64,000 nucleotides of DNA from the human T2T-CHM13v2.0 reference genome, Homo sapiens. Location of the stretch: assembly GCF_009914755.1 (NCBI RefSeq), contig NC_060931.1; one strand, given 5' to 3'. Both the position numbers and the translations under genes were made by a program. This document shows, piece by piece, positions 28,960 through 48,274 of this stretch (position 1 is the stretch's first letter; each line of letters begins with the position of its first letter). The notes under the pieces are model-generated. The model ran no database searches. It had not been told where the DNA came from and worked only from the letters and a program-made list of their open reading frames with translations.

Positions 28960-29570
28960 AAAATAAGTAACAGACACATATTATTATGTTTTTTAAAGAG
29001 GCTGAAATTTTTTAAAAAATGAAATCCATCTTAGGAAGTTCGAAAAAGAATAGCAGAATAAATCAAAAGAAATTTGAAGAAAGGAAATAAAAAAATAGTT
29101 AATTCTGAAAGAAAGATAAAATAAAAATAAGCCAAGAAGCTAATAAGTGACGTCTTAAAATGATTAATACATTTGATAAATAGCTGCAAAATGGATTATG
29201 AAAAGACAAGTGTATTACATGATACTTTAATAATGAATAAATAGAATGATGTATTAGTAACGAATCAAGTAACAGCAGAAATGGATAGTTCAATAACATA
29301 ATAAAATATTTATGCAAATTAGAAAAACTAAAAAAATGCATAATTCCTAGAAAAGCATAAATTCCCAAAATTATTCAAGAACAAATAGGAACCTTGAATA
29401 ACCCTACTAATGTTAGAGAAATTTAATTCATAGTTTCTGTCTTCCCAGGAAGAAAACACCAGATTAGTAATTTATTACTGGTGAGCTACACGAAATATTC
29501 AAGAAACAGTTCATTGTGATCTTACACAAACCCATTCAGAGAGTAGAAGAATTGTCTCTTAACGGTTTCA
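28960..29570 (+). mobile_element. Ancient L1M ORF2 fragment
   Basis: Degenerate ORF2 motifs (tatgcaaattagaaaaact, aattcctagaaaag, tttactggtgagctac). Confidence 0.65.
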
Positions 29571-29575
29571 TTAAA

Positions 29576-30450
<875 letters not shown>

Positions 30451-30454
30451 TCCG

Positions 30455-31850
<1,396 letters not shown>

Positions 31851-32892
31851 GGGTTGCCTCTGAGCAACTCATCTGTCATATTGACAAAAGTTCAAATTTG
31901 TCCAATCAAACCCTATGGGTTCATACCCCTCTATGTTCCAATATTTTTTGTCTATTGTCTTTCCTTCTCACATTTTGTCTTTTAAATTTACACTTCATAC
32001 TTTCTTTACTTTCATTTTAAAATTGTCATGGGGGCACAATAATAAATGAAAAAATTATTCTGACATTTTGAATGAGAAAGTTTTTTTTAATATAATTTTT
32101 TTTAGAAATTGTACCAATAGACACATTAGACATACATGCACACACACACACACAAATAATTACATATGCTTCATTTTAAAATTAATTGTAGAGTATCATA
32201 TGTCCTGTTGTATATTTAAAATTTTCCCCCACTAAGTAGTATTTACTATAATAAATACTATTAATACCCTTGAACATTAATTTTTGCACTTATCTCTGCT
32301 CAATTTTTATTACAAAATTTCTGTTTTAAAAATGATGGAAAAAATCTATGTCTACCAACAGAGTTTGATAATAGTATCTACTACATATTTTCTAGCATTT
32401 TTTAATTTAAAAAATTACCAATCTGATAGGTTTTATATACACACATAAATATATATGTATTTATGTGTATATGTGTATTTATGTGTGTATTTATTGTTTT
32501 ATATTTCTTTGTTCTTGTTTTATAAACTTTGAGACTTCAGTAATTTTTTATGTAAATTATTTATTCACATGCTTAGAGAGTTTCTTAGTTTCATTTTCTC
32601 ACCCAATATATAAATACTGTTCAGTTAAAAATGTATATATTATTGCACACTGGTGAAAAAATAAAGAATATAAATGAGTTTTTAAAAATAAAACACTTTA
32701 TGAAAATATTATTCATCCATCATTATATATAAAAACTTTATTTGGCATCTGCTTTGTAGGGCAGAAACCACAATTAAAAGGAATTCTTCCTGACAATTTT
32801 TCTGGTAATACAGTTATTCTTCCTTATGTTATCTCTCATAATAACTTAAGCCTCAAAAATTAGTTTATCGAATAAAATTGGTGGTTTTTTTT

Positions 32893-33499
32893 TTATTATT
32901 ATACTTTAAGTTTTAGGGTACATGTGCACATTGTGCAGGTTAGTTACATATGTATACATGTGCCATGCTGGTGCGCTGCACCCACTAACTCGTCATCTAG
33001 CATTAGGTATATCTCCCAGTGCTACCCCTCCCCCCTCCCCCCACCCCACCACAGTCCCCAGAGTGTGATATTCCCCTTCCTGTGACCATGTGATCTCATT
33101 GTTCAATTCCCACCTATGAGTGAGAATATGCGGTGTTTGGTTTTTTGTTCTTGCGATAGTTTACTGAGAATGATGGTTTCCAATTTCATCCATGTCCCTA
33201 CAAAGGACATGAACTCATCCTTTTTTATGGCTGCATAGTATTCCATGGTGTATATGTGCCACATTTTCTTAATCCAGTCTATCATTGTTGGACATTTGGG
33301 TTGGTTCCAAGTCTTTGCTATTGTGAATAATGCCGCAATAAACATACGTGTGCATGTGTCTTTATAGCAGCATGATTTATAGTCATTTGGGTATATACCC
33401 AGTAATGGGATGGCTGGGTCAAATGGTATTTCTAGTTCTAGATCCCTGAGGAATCGCCACACTGACTTCCACAATGGTTGAACTAGTTTACAGTCCCAC
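32893..33499 (-). mobile_element. Young 5'-truncated L1 (L1PA2 / non-Ta L1HS-like), ~610 bp
   Basis: Intact 123-aa ORF2 C-terminus; gctagatgacGAGttagtgggtgcagcgc; TSD ggtttttttt at 32883-32892 and 33500-33509. Confidence 0.95.
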
Positions 33500-35016
33500 G
33501 GTTTTTTTTAAACATCATTTTAGCTTCAGCATTTCTGCTTTCTTTTATTTTAATCACCCTCTTGCATGTATCATATGATTGTTTTTCTCAAAAATCTTGT
33601 GTACAATTTTTTATTATTAACTGATGAGTTTAGTTCATTTGTAGTGATACTAATTACATGCAAAAATAGATTCATATCTACAATATTGAGTTTTCTGAAA
33701 TAAATTAAGAATTAAACATAACAAGATATTATATACTGTATAGCAAAAACATTAGGGAACACTGAGAAATAAGTGCCTAACTCAGATCTGAAGTTTAGGG
33801 AAAGCTTTAAGCAAAACAATACATTTATTTATTCTAAGTTTTTAGGATAAGTTTCAGGCCAAGTGAATAATAGAAAAACAAATTTGGGAGCACCACTTAT
33901 GTTGAGAAACAGACATAAAGCTAGCTGCAGACAACGATTTTCCATTCAGTTAATCTCTGTTCACCAGGCCATACAATAAAAAATGAGAAGAAAATTTTAA
34001 GTCAAAATAATGTATTTAATGTTTTTGACCGAATGAGTTACCTATTGTTGCTCAGAATCTGTTCATTTCTGTGAGCACTTATAAAAAATCAATTCCACTT
34101 CAGCCACATGCAAGATAAAAGAAACACTTGCCCACAAACAAAAAAAAGCTAAGATCTCAATCATTGAATATCAAAATGTTGAGAACTTGATAAAATAGAT
34201 TGTCAGACATAACTATTAGTGGGTTTATGATTACTCATACATCTAAGTGTATATAAATGCACTGTACATGTGTTTTCCAATAAATCTGTTCTGATAACCA
34301 ATTTGTGTTTCTGAGCATCTGCTTTCTCTAGGGGAACAATTTTCAAGTGTTGTGCTTACTAAGGAGACTTGAAGTTGCCGGTTTCCTTCTGGAGAGACTA
34401 CAATTTGGGTCTCTTTATTGTTTATATTCTCAACCAGTGCCACAGAACAACACTGAATAACTACGGCTGTGAATGTGCATCCCAAGTGATCTCAAATATA
34501 TAGTTAAGACTCTTAGTGGAAAGCAGCAGCCAGACTATGTCTATTCCTTGCCCACTTACATTTAGTCAGGATAATTTTGTAATATATACTCAGTGAAACT
34601 TAGACATGATTTTCAAAGAGCACTAAGGACAGAAGTCACTTTAGAAAAAGGCATCTCTTGACTTACAGTAACTTCTCTTTAAAACAATCAAAGAACTAGC
34701 AAGAACATTCTGAATTCAGGCTTACATCCTTTTAATGTGAGTCCATTTAGATCACACATATATATGCAACATTCACCCACACAGAGCTAGACGTGTATTT
34801 CTCTTTTTTTTAATTGTACTTTAAGTTCTAGGGTACGTGTGCACAACGTGCAGGTTTGTTACATATGTATACATGTGCCACGTTGGTGTGCTGCACCCAT
34901 TAACTGGTCATTTACATTAGGTATATCTCCTAGTGCTATCCCTCCCCGCTCCGCTCACCCCATGACAGGCCCTGGTGTGTGATGTTCCCCTTCCTGTGTC
35001 CAAGTGTTCTCATTGT

Positions 35017-38841
<3,825 letters not shown>

Positions 38842-38904
38842 TATGATATTAGCTGGTTATTTTGCTCGTTAGTTGATGCAGTTTCTTCCTAGCATCGATG
38901 GCCT

Positions 38905-39915
38905 TTACAATTTGGCATGTTTTTGCAGTGGCTGGTACCGGTTGTTCCTTTTCTTGTCCAGTGCTTCCTTCGGGAGCTCTTGTATGGCAGACCTGGTGGT
39001 GACAAAATCTCTCAGCATTTGCTTGTCTGTAAAGGATTTTATTTCTCCTTCACTTATGAAGCTTAATTTGGCTGGATATGAAATTCTGGGTTGAAAATTA
39101 TTTTCTTTAAGAATGTTGAATATTGTCCCCCACTCTCTTCTGGCTTAAAGAGTTTCTGCTGAGAGATCAGCTGTTAGTCTGATGGGCTTCCTTTTGTGGG
39201 TAATCCGACCTTTCTCTCTGGCTGCCCTTAACATTTTTTCCTTCATTTCAACTTTGGTGAATCTGACAATTATGTGTCTTGGAGTTGCTCTTCTCGAGGA
39301 GTATCTTTGTGGCATTCTCTGTATTTCCTGAATTTGAATGTTGGCCTGCCTTGATAGGTTGGGGAAGTTCTCCTGGATAATATCCTGCAGAGTGTTTTCC
39401 AGCTTGGTTCCATTCTCCCTGTCACTTTCAGGTACACCAATCAGACGTAGATTTGGTCTTTTCACATAGTCCCATATTTCTGGAAGGCTTTGTTCATTTC
39501 TTTTTACTTTTTTTCTCTAAACTTCTCTTCTCACTTCATTTCATTCATTTGATCTTCAATCACTGATACTCTTCCTTCCAGTTGATCAAATCAGCTACTG
39601 AAGCTTGTGCATGCATCATGTAGTTCTTGTGCCATGGTTTTCAACTACATCACATCCTTTAAGGACTTCTCTACACTTTTTATTCTAGTTAGCCATTCGT
39701 CTAATCTTTTTTCAAGGTTTTTAGCTTCTTTGTGATGGGTTCGAACTTCCTCCTTTAGCTTGGAGAAGTTTGATCATCTGAGCCTTCTCTCAACTCATCA
39801 AAGTCATTCTCCATCCAGTTTTGTTCCATTGCTGGCAAGGATCTGCGTTCCTTTGGAGGGGGGAGGCACTCTGATTTTTAGAGTTTTCAGCTTTTCTGCT
39901 CTGTTTTTTCCCCAT
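38905..39915 (-). pseudogene. L1 ORF1p, disrupted
   Basis: ATGGGGAAAAAACAG start; KRPNLRLIGVPE fragment; premature stops. Confidence 0.92.
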
Positions 39916-40495
39916 CTTTGTGGTTTTATCTACCTTTGGTCTTTGATGACGGTGACATGCAGATGGGGTTTTAGTGTGGATGTCCTTTCTGTTCGTTAGT
40001 TTTCCTTCTAACAGTTAGGACCCTCAGCTACAGGTCTGTTGGAGTTTGCTGGAGATCCACTCCAGACGCTGTTTGCCTGGGTATCACCAGCGGAGGCTGC
40101 AGAACAGCGAATATTGGTGAACAGCAAATGTTTCTGCCTGACCGTTCCTCTGGAAGCTTCATCTCACAGGGGTACCCGGCCATGTGAGTTGTCAGTCTGC
40201 ACCTACTGGGGGGTGCCTCCCAGTTAGGCTACTCAGGGGTCAGGGACCCACTTGAGGAGGCAGTCTGTCCTTTCTCGGATCTCAAGTTGCATGCGGGGTG
40301 AACCACTACTCTCTTCAAAGCTGTCAGTCAGGGACATTTAAGTCTGCAGAGGTTTCTGCTGTCTTTTGTTTGGCTATGCCCTGCCCCCAGAGGTGGAGTC
40401 TACAGAGGCAGGCAGGCCTCCTTGAGCTGCGGTGGGCTCCACCAAGTTCAATTCAAGCTTCCCATCCGCTTTGTTTACCTAGTCAAGCCTCAGCA

Positions 40496-40759
40496 ATGGT
40501 GGGCACCCCTCCCCCAGCCTCTCTGCCACCTTGCTGTTTGATCTCAGACTGCTGTGCTAGCAATGAGCTAGGCTCTGTGGGCATGCAACAATCTGAGCCA
40601 GGCATGGGATATAATCTCCTGGTGTGCCATTTGCTAAGACCATTGGAAAAGCACTGTATTAGGATGGGAGTGACCCAATTTTCCAGGTGCTGTCTGTCAC
40701 CCCTTCCCTTTGCTAGGAAAGGGAATTCCCTGACCCCTTGCACTTCCCAGGTGAGGTGA
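40496..40759 (+). CDS. L1 antisense ORF0 homologue (87 aa); translation unproven
   Basis: MVGTPPPASLPPCCLISDCCASN...FSR...SQVR*; strong Kozak context gcaATGg. Confidence 0.6.
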   Translation: MVGTPPPASLPPCCLISDCCASNELGSVGMQQSEPGMGYNLLVCHLLRPLEKHCIRMGVTQFSRCCLSPLPFARKGNSLTPCTSQVR

Positions 40760-40928
40760 TGCCTTGCCCTGCTTCAACTCACGCTTGGTGAGCTGCACCC
40801 ACTGTCCTGCACTGACTGTCCGACAAGCCCCAGTGAGTTGAACCCGGTACCTCAGTTGGAAATGCAGAAATCACCTGTCTTCTGTATCACTCATGCTGGT
40901 AGCTGTAGACTGGAGCTGTTCCTATTCA

Positions 40929-40937
40929 GCCATCTTG
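40929..40937 (-). promoter_or_regulatory. YY1 site of the L1 promoter
   Basis: gccatcttg is the reverse complement of caagatggc. Confidence 0.75.
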
Positions 40938-41529
40938 GAACCGCCCCCCCAGATGTGTATTTCTCACAAAAGCATTCATTCAGCCAATACCTGTTTTTGA
41001 GCATCTCCAGTGCATTGAAAATTATGGTAGGTATGGGGAGAGACACTACTGCATGAGGCAGATACTATCCCAAACCTCATGGCAATTCAGTCTTGCGAAG
41101 AAGACAGACAACAAACAAATACAACATACAGAAAAGATAATTATAAATCATGGTGCAAGATGATATTTAAAAAATGCAAAGTTTTCTATGATAGAAAATA
41201 TGAGGAGAACTAGTTTAGATATAACTAATAAAGACAGCCACTTATACTGATACATGCATTCTAATGATACTTTAAGAGATGAGTGGGGAAAAGTGACCTG
41301 CCTAAGAACATGTGCAAAAGTCTAGGGGTGGTTTTAGGAACTAAATGAAGAGAGTGGCTGACACATGGTTATTGGGGAAGTGGGGAAAATGGGAATGAGA
41401 TTGGAGAAATAAACTTTTATTCTGTTGGATGTGAGGGACAGGGTGTACTTGGTAGGCATCAATGACTGTATAGTTCATTCTAAATACAATGGAGAACTAT
41501 TGAAAAATTTAACACAAAAAATAAAATGA

Positions 41530-41838
<309 letters not shown>

Positions 41839-42263
41839 CCTTATAGGGAAATTGATTGAATTATTTAGGAAGTGGCAAAAGTGAAAATGGGTCAGAAATG
41901 ATGGTTTACAATAGAATGCAGAAATAGAAATGGACAGGAATCTACAGATTTGAAATATATTTTGAAGGTATAAATTAATAAGAATTGTGGATTAAATTGG
42001 AAGACAAGCATGAGTATGGTGTGGAATAATTGAGGGTAAATCTCAAGTTTCTAGCTTAGCAAATTGCAAAAACAGTCTTGTCATTATTGGAAATTAATCG
42101 ACTTGGGAGGAAAATGTCTGGATATAGAAATAAAAAGTTTGATTCTGGATATGTTATATTTAAAACACCAAAGTAGAATTGTTTGATTAATCAGAGGACA
42201 TATGGATATTAAATCCAAATGAGAGTATGGGATTACAAATATAAAATGGGATTTGAAGCTATG

Positions 42264-42330
42264 GATCAAAACATTATGCTGTATACCATAAATATATACA
42301 ATTTTTAACTGCCAGTTAAAAATTAATAAA
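42264..42330 (+). mobile_element. ~65-nt L1MA 3' tip insertion
   Basis: tcaaaacattatgctgtataccataaatatatacaatttt; TSD tgaagc(t/c)atg at 42254-42263 and 42331-42340. Confidence 0.8.
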
Positions 42331-43029
42331 TGAAGCCATGAAAATGAATGTGATCACCAACATAGATAGAACTTAAATTAGATAACTAGATCTTTGGATG
42401 AAAATTTTCCTGTCAAAAGCCATTGATAAGACTCCATTGAATTTGGTAAAGGAAAATCACGGATGATCTTGGCAATAGCAGTTATTGTGGACAAATGATG
42501 GCAGAAGCTGGTTATAAATGGGCTGAGTTGTGAAAGGGAAGTCAATGATGCTTTCTTCTGGATAGATTCCCATAACTGGGATGAGACACTTCCAATTCCA
42601 TTTAAAAATTTTTGTCCTTAGCTCTTCTTTGATCCGCAAGTTGAGCCCCATTTCTCCTGCCTGAATGTGCTGTACTCATTGATATGCTACCCATGAAAAA
42701 GTATTTCCAGGTAAGAAGGCTTTGGAGGTGATCCCTTCCCACTTACCACCCATGCGCATGATGAATACAATCACTGTGACCTGCTGCCGGGGCCTGTGTT
42801 TACCACTGAAGATATCATGCTTCCAAAAACATCCCTCATGCTTTTGCAATCACCTTAACATCAACTGGCAGCTGAAAGTCACCAGACATTAATTGCTCAC
42901 CAAAGCCTGTCAATTTCACTTGGAAAATATACTGTTCTTCTGTCTGATTACTTTCATGCCCAATTTTACTACCCTAGCCCAAGACTTTATCTCTTATATG
43001 AAACAACCACTTTACATGCCCTTCATCTT

Positions 43030-43200
43030 TTTAACAATTTTAGGAAGTCAATACTGTTTTTCTCTTTTATTTTATTGATGAGGAAATTAAATCACAGAGA
43101 GATTAAGTAACTTGCCTAAAGTCATTTTCAGCACATGATAATGCTGGGATTCAAACCTAGGCAGGTTGCCTCTAGAGGCCGAGTCTTAACCACTGTCCTA
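43030..43200 (-). mobile_element. MIR
   Basis: gatgaggaaatt...agattaagtaacttgcctaaagtca...ggattcaaacctagg. Confidence 0.85.
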
Positions 43201-44954
43201 CATTACATTCTATAAGAGACAGACTAGTTTAAAAAATGTGAAGGAAACTATGATGTGTCATTTAACAGGTTTGTAAAATTCGCTCTCTAAATGCCAATAA
43301 ATCTCTAAATGTATTAAAGGAAAAAAATGAAACAAAAGCGAACAAACCTACTAGTCACTACAGATTACTTTTTTATGTTTGCTAAACAAAGTTTAGGGAT
43401 CCTCTCTCAATGTCATTCTTGTAAACAATAATCTGTTTAATTTTTTTATTTTTAAACTTTATTTTCATATATTCATGTAGCTCATTAGAAAATTAATATA
43501 ATCTTTCAAATTACAATTCATATATTCCAGATGAGCATTAGCAAGCAGGAAACAATGAGTTGCGAATGAATAAAACCTTTATTTAACTTTGTTAAGGACA
43601 TTCAGAAGACTTGAATAGACCAAAAAACAAATGTACTGTTATTTACCAGCTTTTGCAATATTTAAACTGTGTTTGTTTAAATAGATCTGCTTTTTGTTTT
43701 TAGCTTCCGGTCAGGCTTTACAACTGCTTGTTAAAAGCCCGTGACCTCTGGATAAGAGTGAAATACCAAGCACTAAGGGAGGCTAGAGCCATTCTTCAAT
43801 CAGGAACAAATGCATTCTAAACAAGGTGATTGGCAAAAATCTTCATTTTCTTTTCCTTCCATTGACCTCCTAGAAATGAAAAGCCCTCCTGAAAACAGGT
43901 GGTCCAGAAAATCTATAGATAATTAAGCAAAATGAGGCTTGTTGACAGCTTGGCATGAAATGTGAATATTTAATTACATTTTAATGACAGCACATTATTT
44001 TACATAACTATGATAGGTGATATAACATGAGATTTGAGACTGCCAATACAAATTTTAAATAGTTTTTCTCAACATTTATAAAAAATCATGTAATAAAAAG
44101 CATATTTAAACATTAAATGGCTTGTAGAGGTCCCTTTTTTATACATAGTGCCTATTTTCATTTTCGTTATCTCTCACAGCACTTCTGTAATTATTTAAAA
44201 TGTCATTGTCTTGTTTCAAGGATAGCTAAATAGGAAAAGGTGTTCTGGCTAAAATTATGTCCCAAATCAGTTTGATTAGGATCCTCATTAACATTAGGCA
44301 GGCATTACTTTTGAGCAAAACACAAATTAAAAAGACTTATACAAGTCTTTTTAAAAACTTCATTTGACTTTATTGGTTAAGGAGTTTTAATTCTGTGGTA
44401 ACTTTAACAAGGATTATGATTCTTGTTTGTGCTTTAATATAAATGTAATGCTTTAAACTGCTGGTAAACTTAATTCCTTCAAATTCTATCTAAATTATCT
44501 TAAGCAACTTAAATAGACGAACTTGAATCCAAGCTTTTCCCAATGTGATTTCAACCATCTGTGAAAATATTGTACCGTATAATATCCCTCATTTATCCTA
44601 ATTAAATCTTATGTAATAAATCATCTCCTTGTCCAATAAAAGTGCTATGATTTTTTTTCAAACAAGAGTCACAAATTCGAAGGTATAGAAATGAATGTAA
44701 CTTAATAGGTTATATTTTAACATTTATAATAATTTTAAACATGAAGAAATAAAATGTATGTTCTTTTTTAGAGTAAATTATAAGTAAAAGTATTTTATTT
44801 CAAGGGAAGGGGGGAAGGGTAAAGCAGCTTAAATTTAGGAAACACAGGTCTATTTGGTGCATAGCAAAATAGATTGCATTTATTTTTCTTTCTGGTTCTA
44901 ACAATATACAAATTGCCACAAATCAGCTAATTATTATTCCAAAAGAGAGAACAT

Positions 44955-47200
44955 CCAACTGGCATATGTTCCAAATGGAGCTCAGGCATTTTCCTCTAGA
45001 CCTGATGGCTCCCCATTTCCATCAGTGCTCTCCATCTCTGTAAGTCATACTACCATCTTGCATTTGTTCACGCTGAAATCTGACTAATCCATATCCCTCC
45101 CCTCAAATCCTATCTCCTACCTAATCCCATTTATTCTATCCTGTAAATATATCTTAATTATATCAACTCTCCTCTATATCCATTAGCCCCTGTTAAGTCT
45201 AAACATTACAATTTATCTTCCCCGATATACTTTCCCTTAGTCCCAAGCCATTATCCATCCTATAGGCAGCATGGTTTTTTAAACTGTTATGCTGATGAGC
45301 CAGTTTGTAAAACATTCTGGCTTTTAAAAAAATTAAGCTAAGCAAATGTCTCCATGACAGATAAATTCCAATTCTAGATATTTATCTGGGAAAAATAAAA
45401 ACATGTGCTTCTTTTTCACTAAAAGCTTTGTATAAGAATGTTAGTGATAGCTTTATTCATAATCGCCAAAACTGAAAACATCCCAGGTTTCAATCAACAG
45501 AAGAATGGACAGACAAACTATGATCTATTTATACAACGAGATAGTACTCAGCAATTTAAACAGAACTAATGATATACCCAACATGTTCGTATCTCAGAAA
45601 TATAATGTTAACCTAAAGAAGACTTACACAAAAGAACATATGCTCTTTGACTTGATTTATCTGAAATTCTAGAATAGGCAAAACCAACCTATGGTTATAT
45701 AAGAAAAATCAGAACCCTGGTTGTTAATGTAATGTGAAGGGGAAAGTGGGACCAGAAATTGACTGCAAAAGAGCAGAAGGAGATTTTAGAGGGGATGATG
45801 AAAATGTTCTATATCTTTGTAGAGATTCAGCATTGCACAGGTCAGGTTTATGCATTTATCAGTGCTCATAGAAAGATTATGAATGATGTATTTCATTCTA
45901 TGTAAAATTCACTTCAAAAAATATAAGTAATCATAAACAAATATTGAGCTCTAATGAATTATATGCATGTTGAAATGCTTAGATATGAAATGCACTGATA
46001 TCTAAAGAAAACTCTGAAATGCATTAGACATATACGATTAAACTGTTATGTATCCTGATTGTGGTGATATTGCCATGACTCTGCTTTGTCAGAGCATGGA
46101 ACTATATACTAGAAAGGGCAAGTTTTATTGTATGTAAGTTACATCTCATATTAAAACCCTCTTAAAATAAGTTAGATTAATAGGTGGCTAATTGAATGGA
46201 TAAATGAATGGGCTACATCAATGGCAGATTGGATAAAGAAAATGTGTTACATATGCAACAAGAAATACAATGCAGCCATAAAAAAAGAATGAGGTCACGT
46301 CCTTTCCAAGAGCATGGATGGAGCTGGAGGTCATTATCTTTGGCAAACTAACACAAGAACAGAAAACCAAATACCACATGTTCTCACTTGTAAGTGGGAG
46401 CTAAATGATGAGGACTCATGGACACAAACAGGGGAAAAGAAGACACTGGGGCATACTTTCAGGTGGAGGGTAGGAGGAGGGTGAAGATAGAAAAACTACC
46501 TGTTAGTTACTATGCTTATTACCTGAGTGACAAAATAACTACTGGGTACTAGGCTTAGTACTTGGGTGATGAAATAATCTGTACAACAAACCCCCGTGAC
46601 ATGAGTTTACCTATGTGACAAACCTGCACAAGTACCTCTGAACCTAAAATAAAAGTTGAAAAGAAAATGAATGGGCTAAAACAAATATAGCAAAATATGT
46701 ACAACTGTAACATCAAGTTGGTAGGTATGTGGAAGTTTACAATAATTTCAAATAGTGGTTTGAAAACATTTTCATAACAAAATGTGGGGGGAAATATGTA
46801 AATCTGATCAGGTTGCATTATTCTCACACTTAAATTTTTATAATGACGTCGCATTATTTGGGAGGTTTACTCTAGAATTACTAACATGGTATAAATGTTT
46901 TAATTGACTGCCTCTCCCTGAGCCTTAAATCTCACAGAAGGTCATTTCCTCGTCATACACCATAATCTAATCATGCTCTTCGTTGTCAATTTTAAAAAGA
47001 TGCAGATCCTTCTTCCCAGGGCCTTGTAATTAAATAATGGTGTAAATAATTGTGCAATTATCTGTCTTCTCCAGTAGTTTTTAAAAACCATTAGATCATG
47101 GTCCACTAATATATCCCTAGTCCATAACCCCAGACCTAGCCCTTGGCCTAATGTAAGTACTCAATAAATACATTTCAAAATATGAAAACTGACTGAAGAG
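44955..47200 (+). mobile_element. L2 fragment (44955-45310, 46860-47200) split by an L1ME 3' end (45330-46790)
   Basis: L2 terminus ...taagtactcaataaata; L1ME motifs aattctagaataggcaaaacc and gatgaaaatgttctatatct. Confidence 0.65.
46216..46664 (+). mobile_element. 5'-truncated L1PA15/16-type 3' end, apparently chimeric
   Basis: Perfect TSD aaatgaatgggcta at 46202-46215 and 46665-46678. Confidence 0.9.
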
Positions 47201-47356
47201 ATAGTACCCTTGACTTCATATCAAAGTGAATTATGGATTACTTGTGTAGCCTAACCATTATTTTATTTAGTATCCCCTTATCTCTTAGACGTGTACTGAT
47301 TTTGAGCAATGATAATGAAATAATAGAAAATAAGTTCTTTAAAAACTATCGTTTTT

Positions 47357-47645
47357 GGCCTAGCACAGTGGCTTACGCCTGTAATCCCAGTACTTTGGGA
47401 GGCAGAGGCAGGTGGATCACTTGAGGTCAGGAGTTCGAGACCAGCTTGGCCATCATGGTGAATTCCTGTCTCTACTAAAAATACAAAAATTAGCTGGGCA
47501 TGGTGGCACATGCTTGTAATCCCAGCTACTCAGGTGGCAGAAGCAGGAAAATCTCTTGAATCTGGGGGGCAGAGGTTTCAGTGAGCCGAGATCGCACCGT
47601 TGCACTCCAGCCTGGGTGACAGAAAGAGACTCCATCTCAAAAAAA
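47357..47645 (+). mobile_element. AluSz/Sx
   Basis: Full dimer; TSD aaaaactatcgt(t/a)ttt. Confidence 0.95.
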
Positions 47646-48274
47646 AAAAACTATCGTATTTGAAAATTATCAATTGGCAAAGTATCCCAGGTATTTTATT
47701 TTGTTATAGCCAGATAAATAATACTGAGAAACATTTCACCTGATTATACATTTTTATTTTAATATTTTAAGGAATATATATAAACGTGTCTACTCAATTA
47801 AACATTATTTTTCATTTTATGTAAATTTAATTGCTTATAATATATCATAAGAAAGCTATAAATTTGCATTTTGACATGAAATAAAAAATAAGTTATCCTT
47901 CCAGAGTACAGCAGGGGGAACTCAAGAGGATATCTACTTACTGGTATAACTACAAAGCTTTTCTAATTGCAGTATAGTGTTGGAGCAACTTGCAGGATAA
48001 TGGTTAATTTAAATTGATGTACAGACATATCCCAGGGCTTCTGGTATTGTTGTAGTAATATCAGAAATTCAGCTAAGGAAATGAAGAAGAGTAAAGTCTC
48101 CATTGTCCAATTTTCAGATGTATGCTGAAGAAATTAAGTCGGTGGGCATTTCTCTTTTTAACATAATAATATCAAGAAAGCAAAAGAAAAGATACTGAGA
48201 AAAGATAGACTAAGAATAAAGAATTGTGGAGTAGTCTTAGAACTGAAATGTGTGAGAGGATAAAGACAGTTTTG

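Noticed and set aside
34243-34485. 80-aa minus-strand ORF in non-repeat DNA
   Set aside because: Non-ATG start, no recognisable domain and no convincing flanking splice sites.
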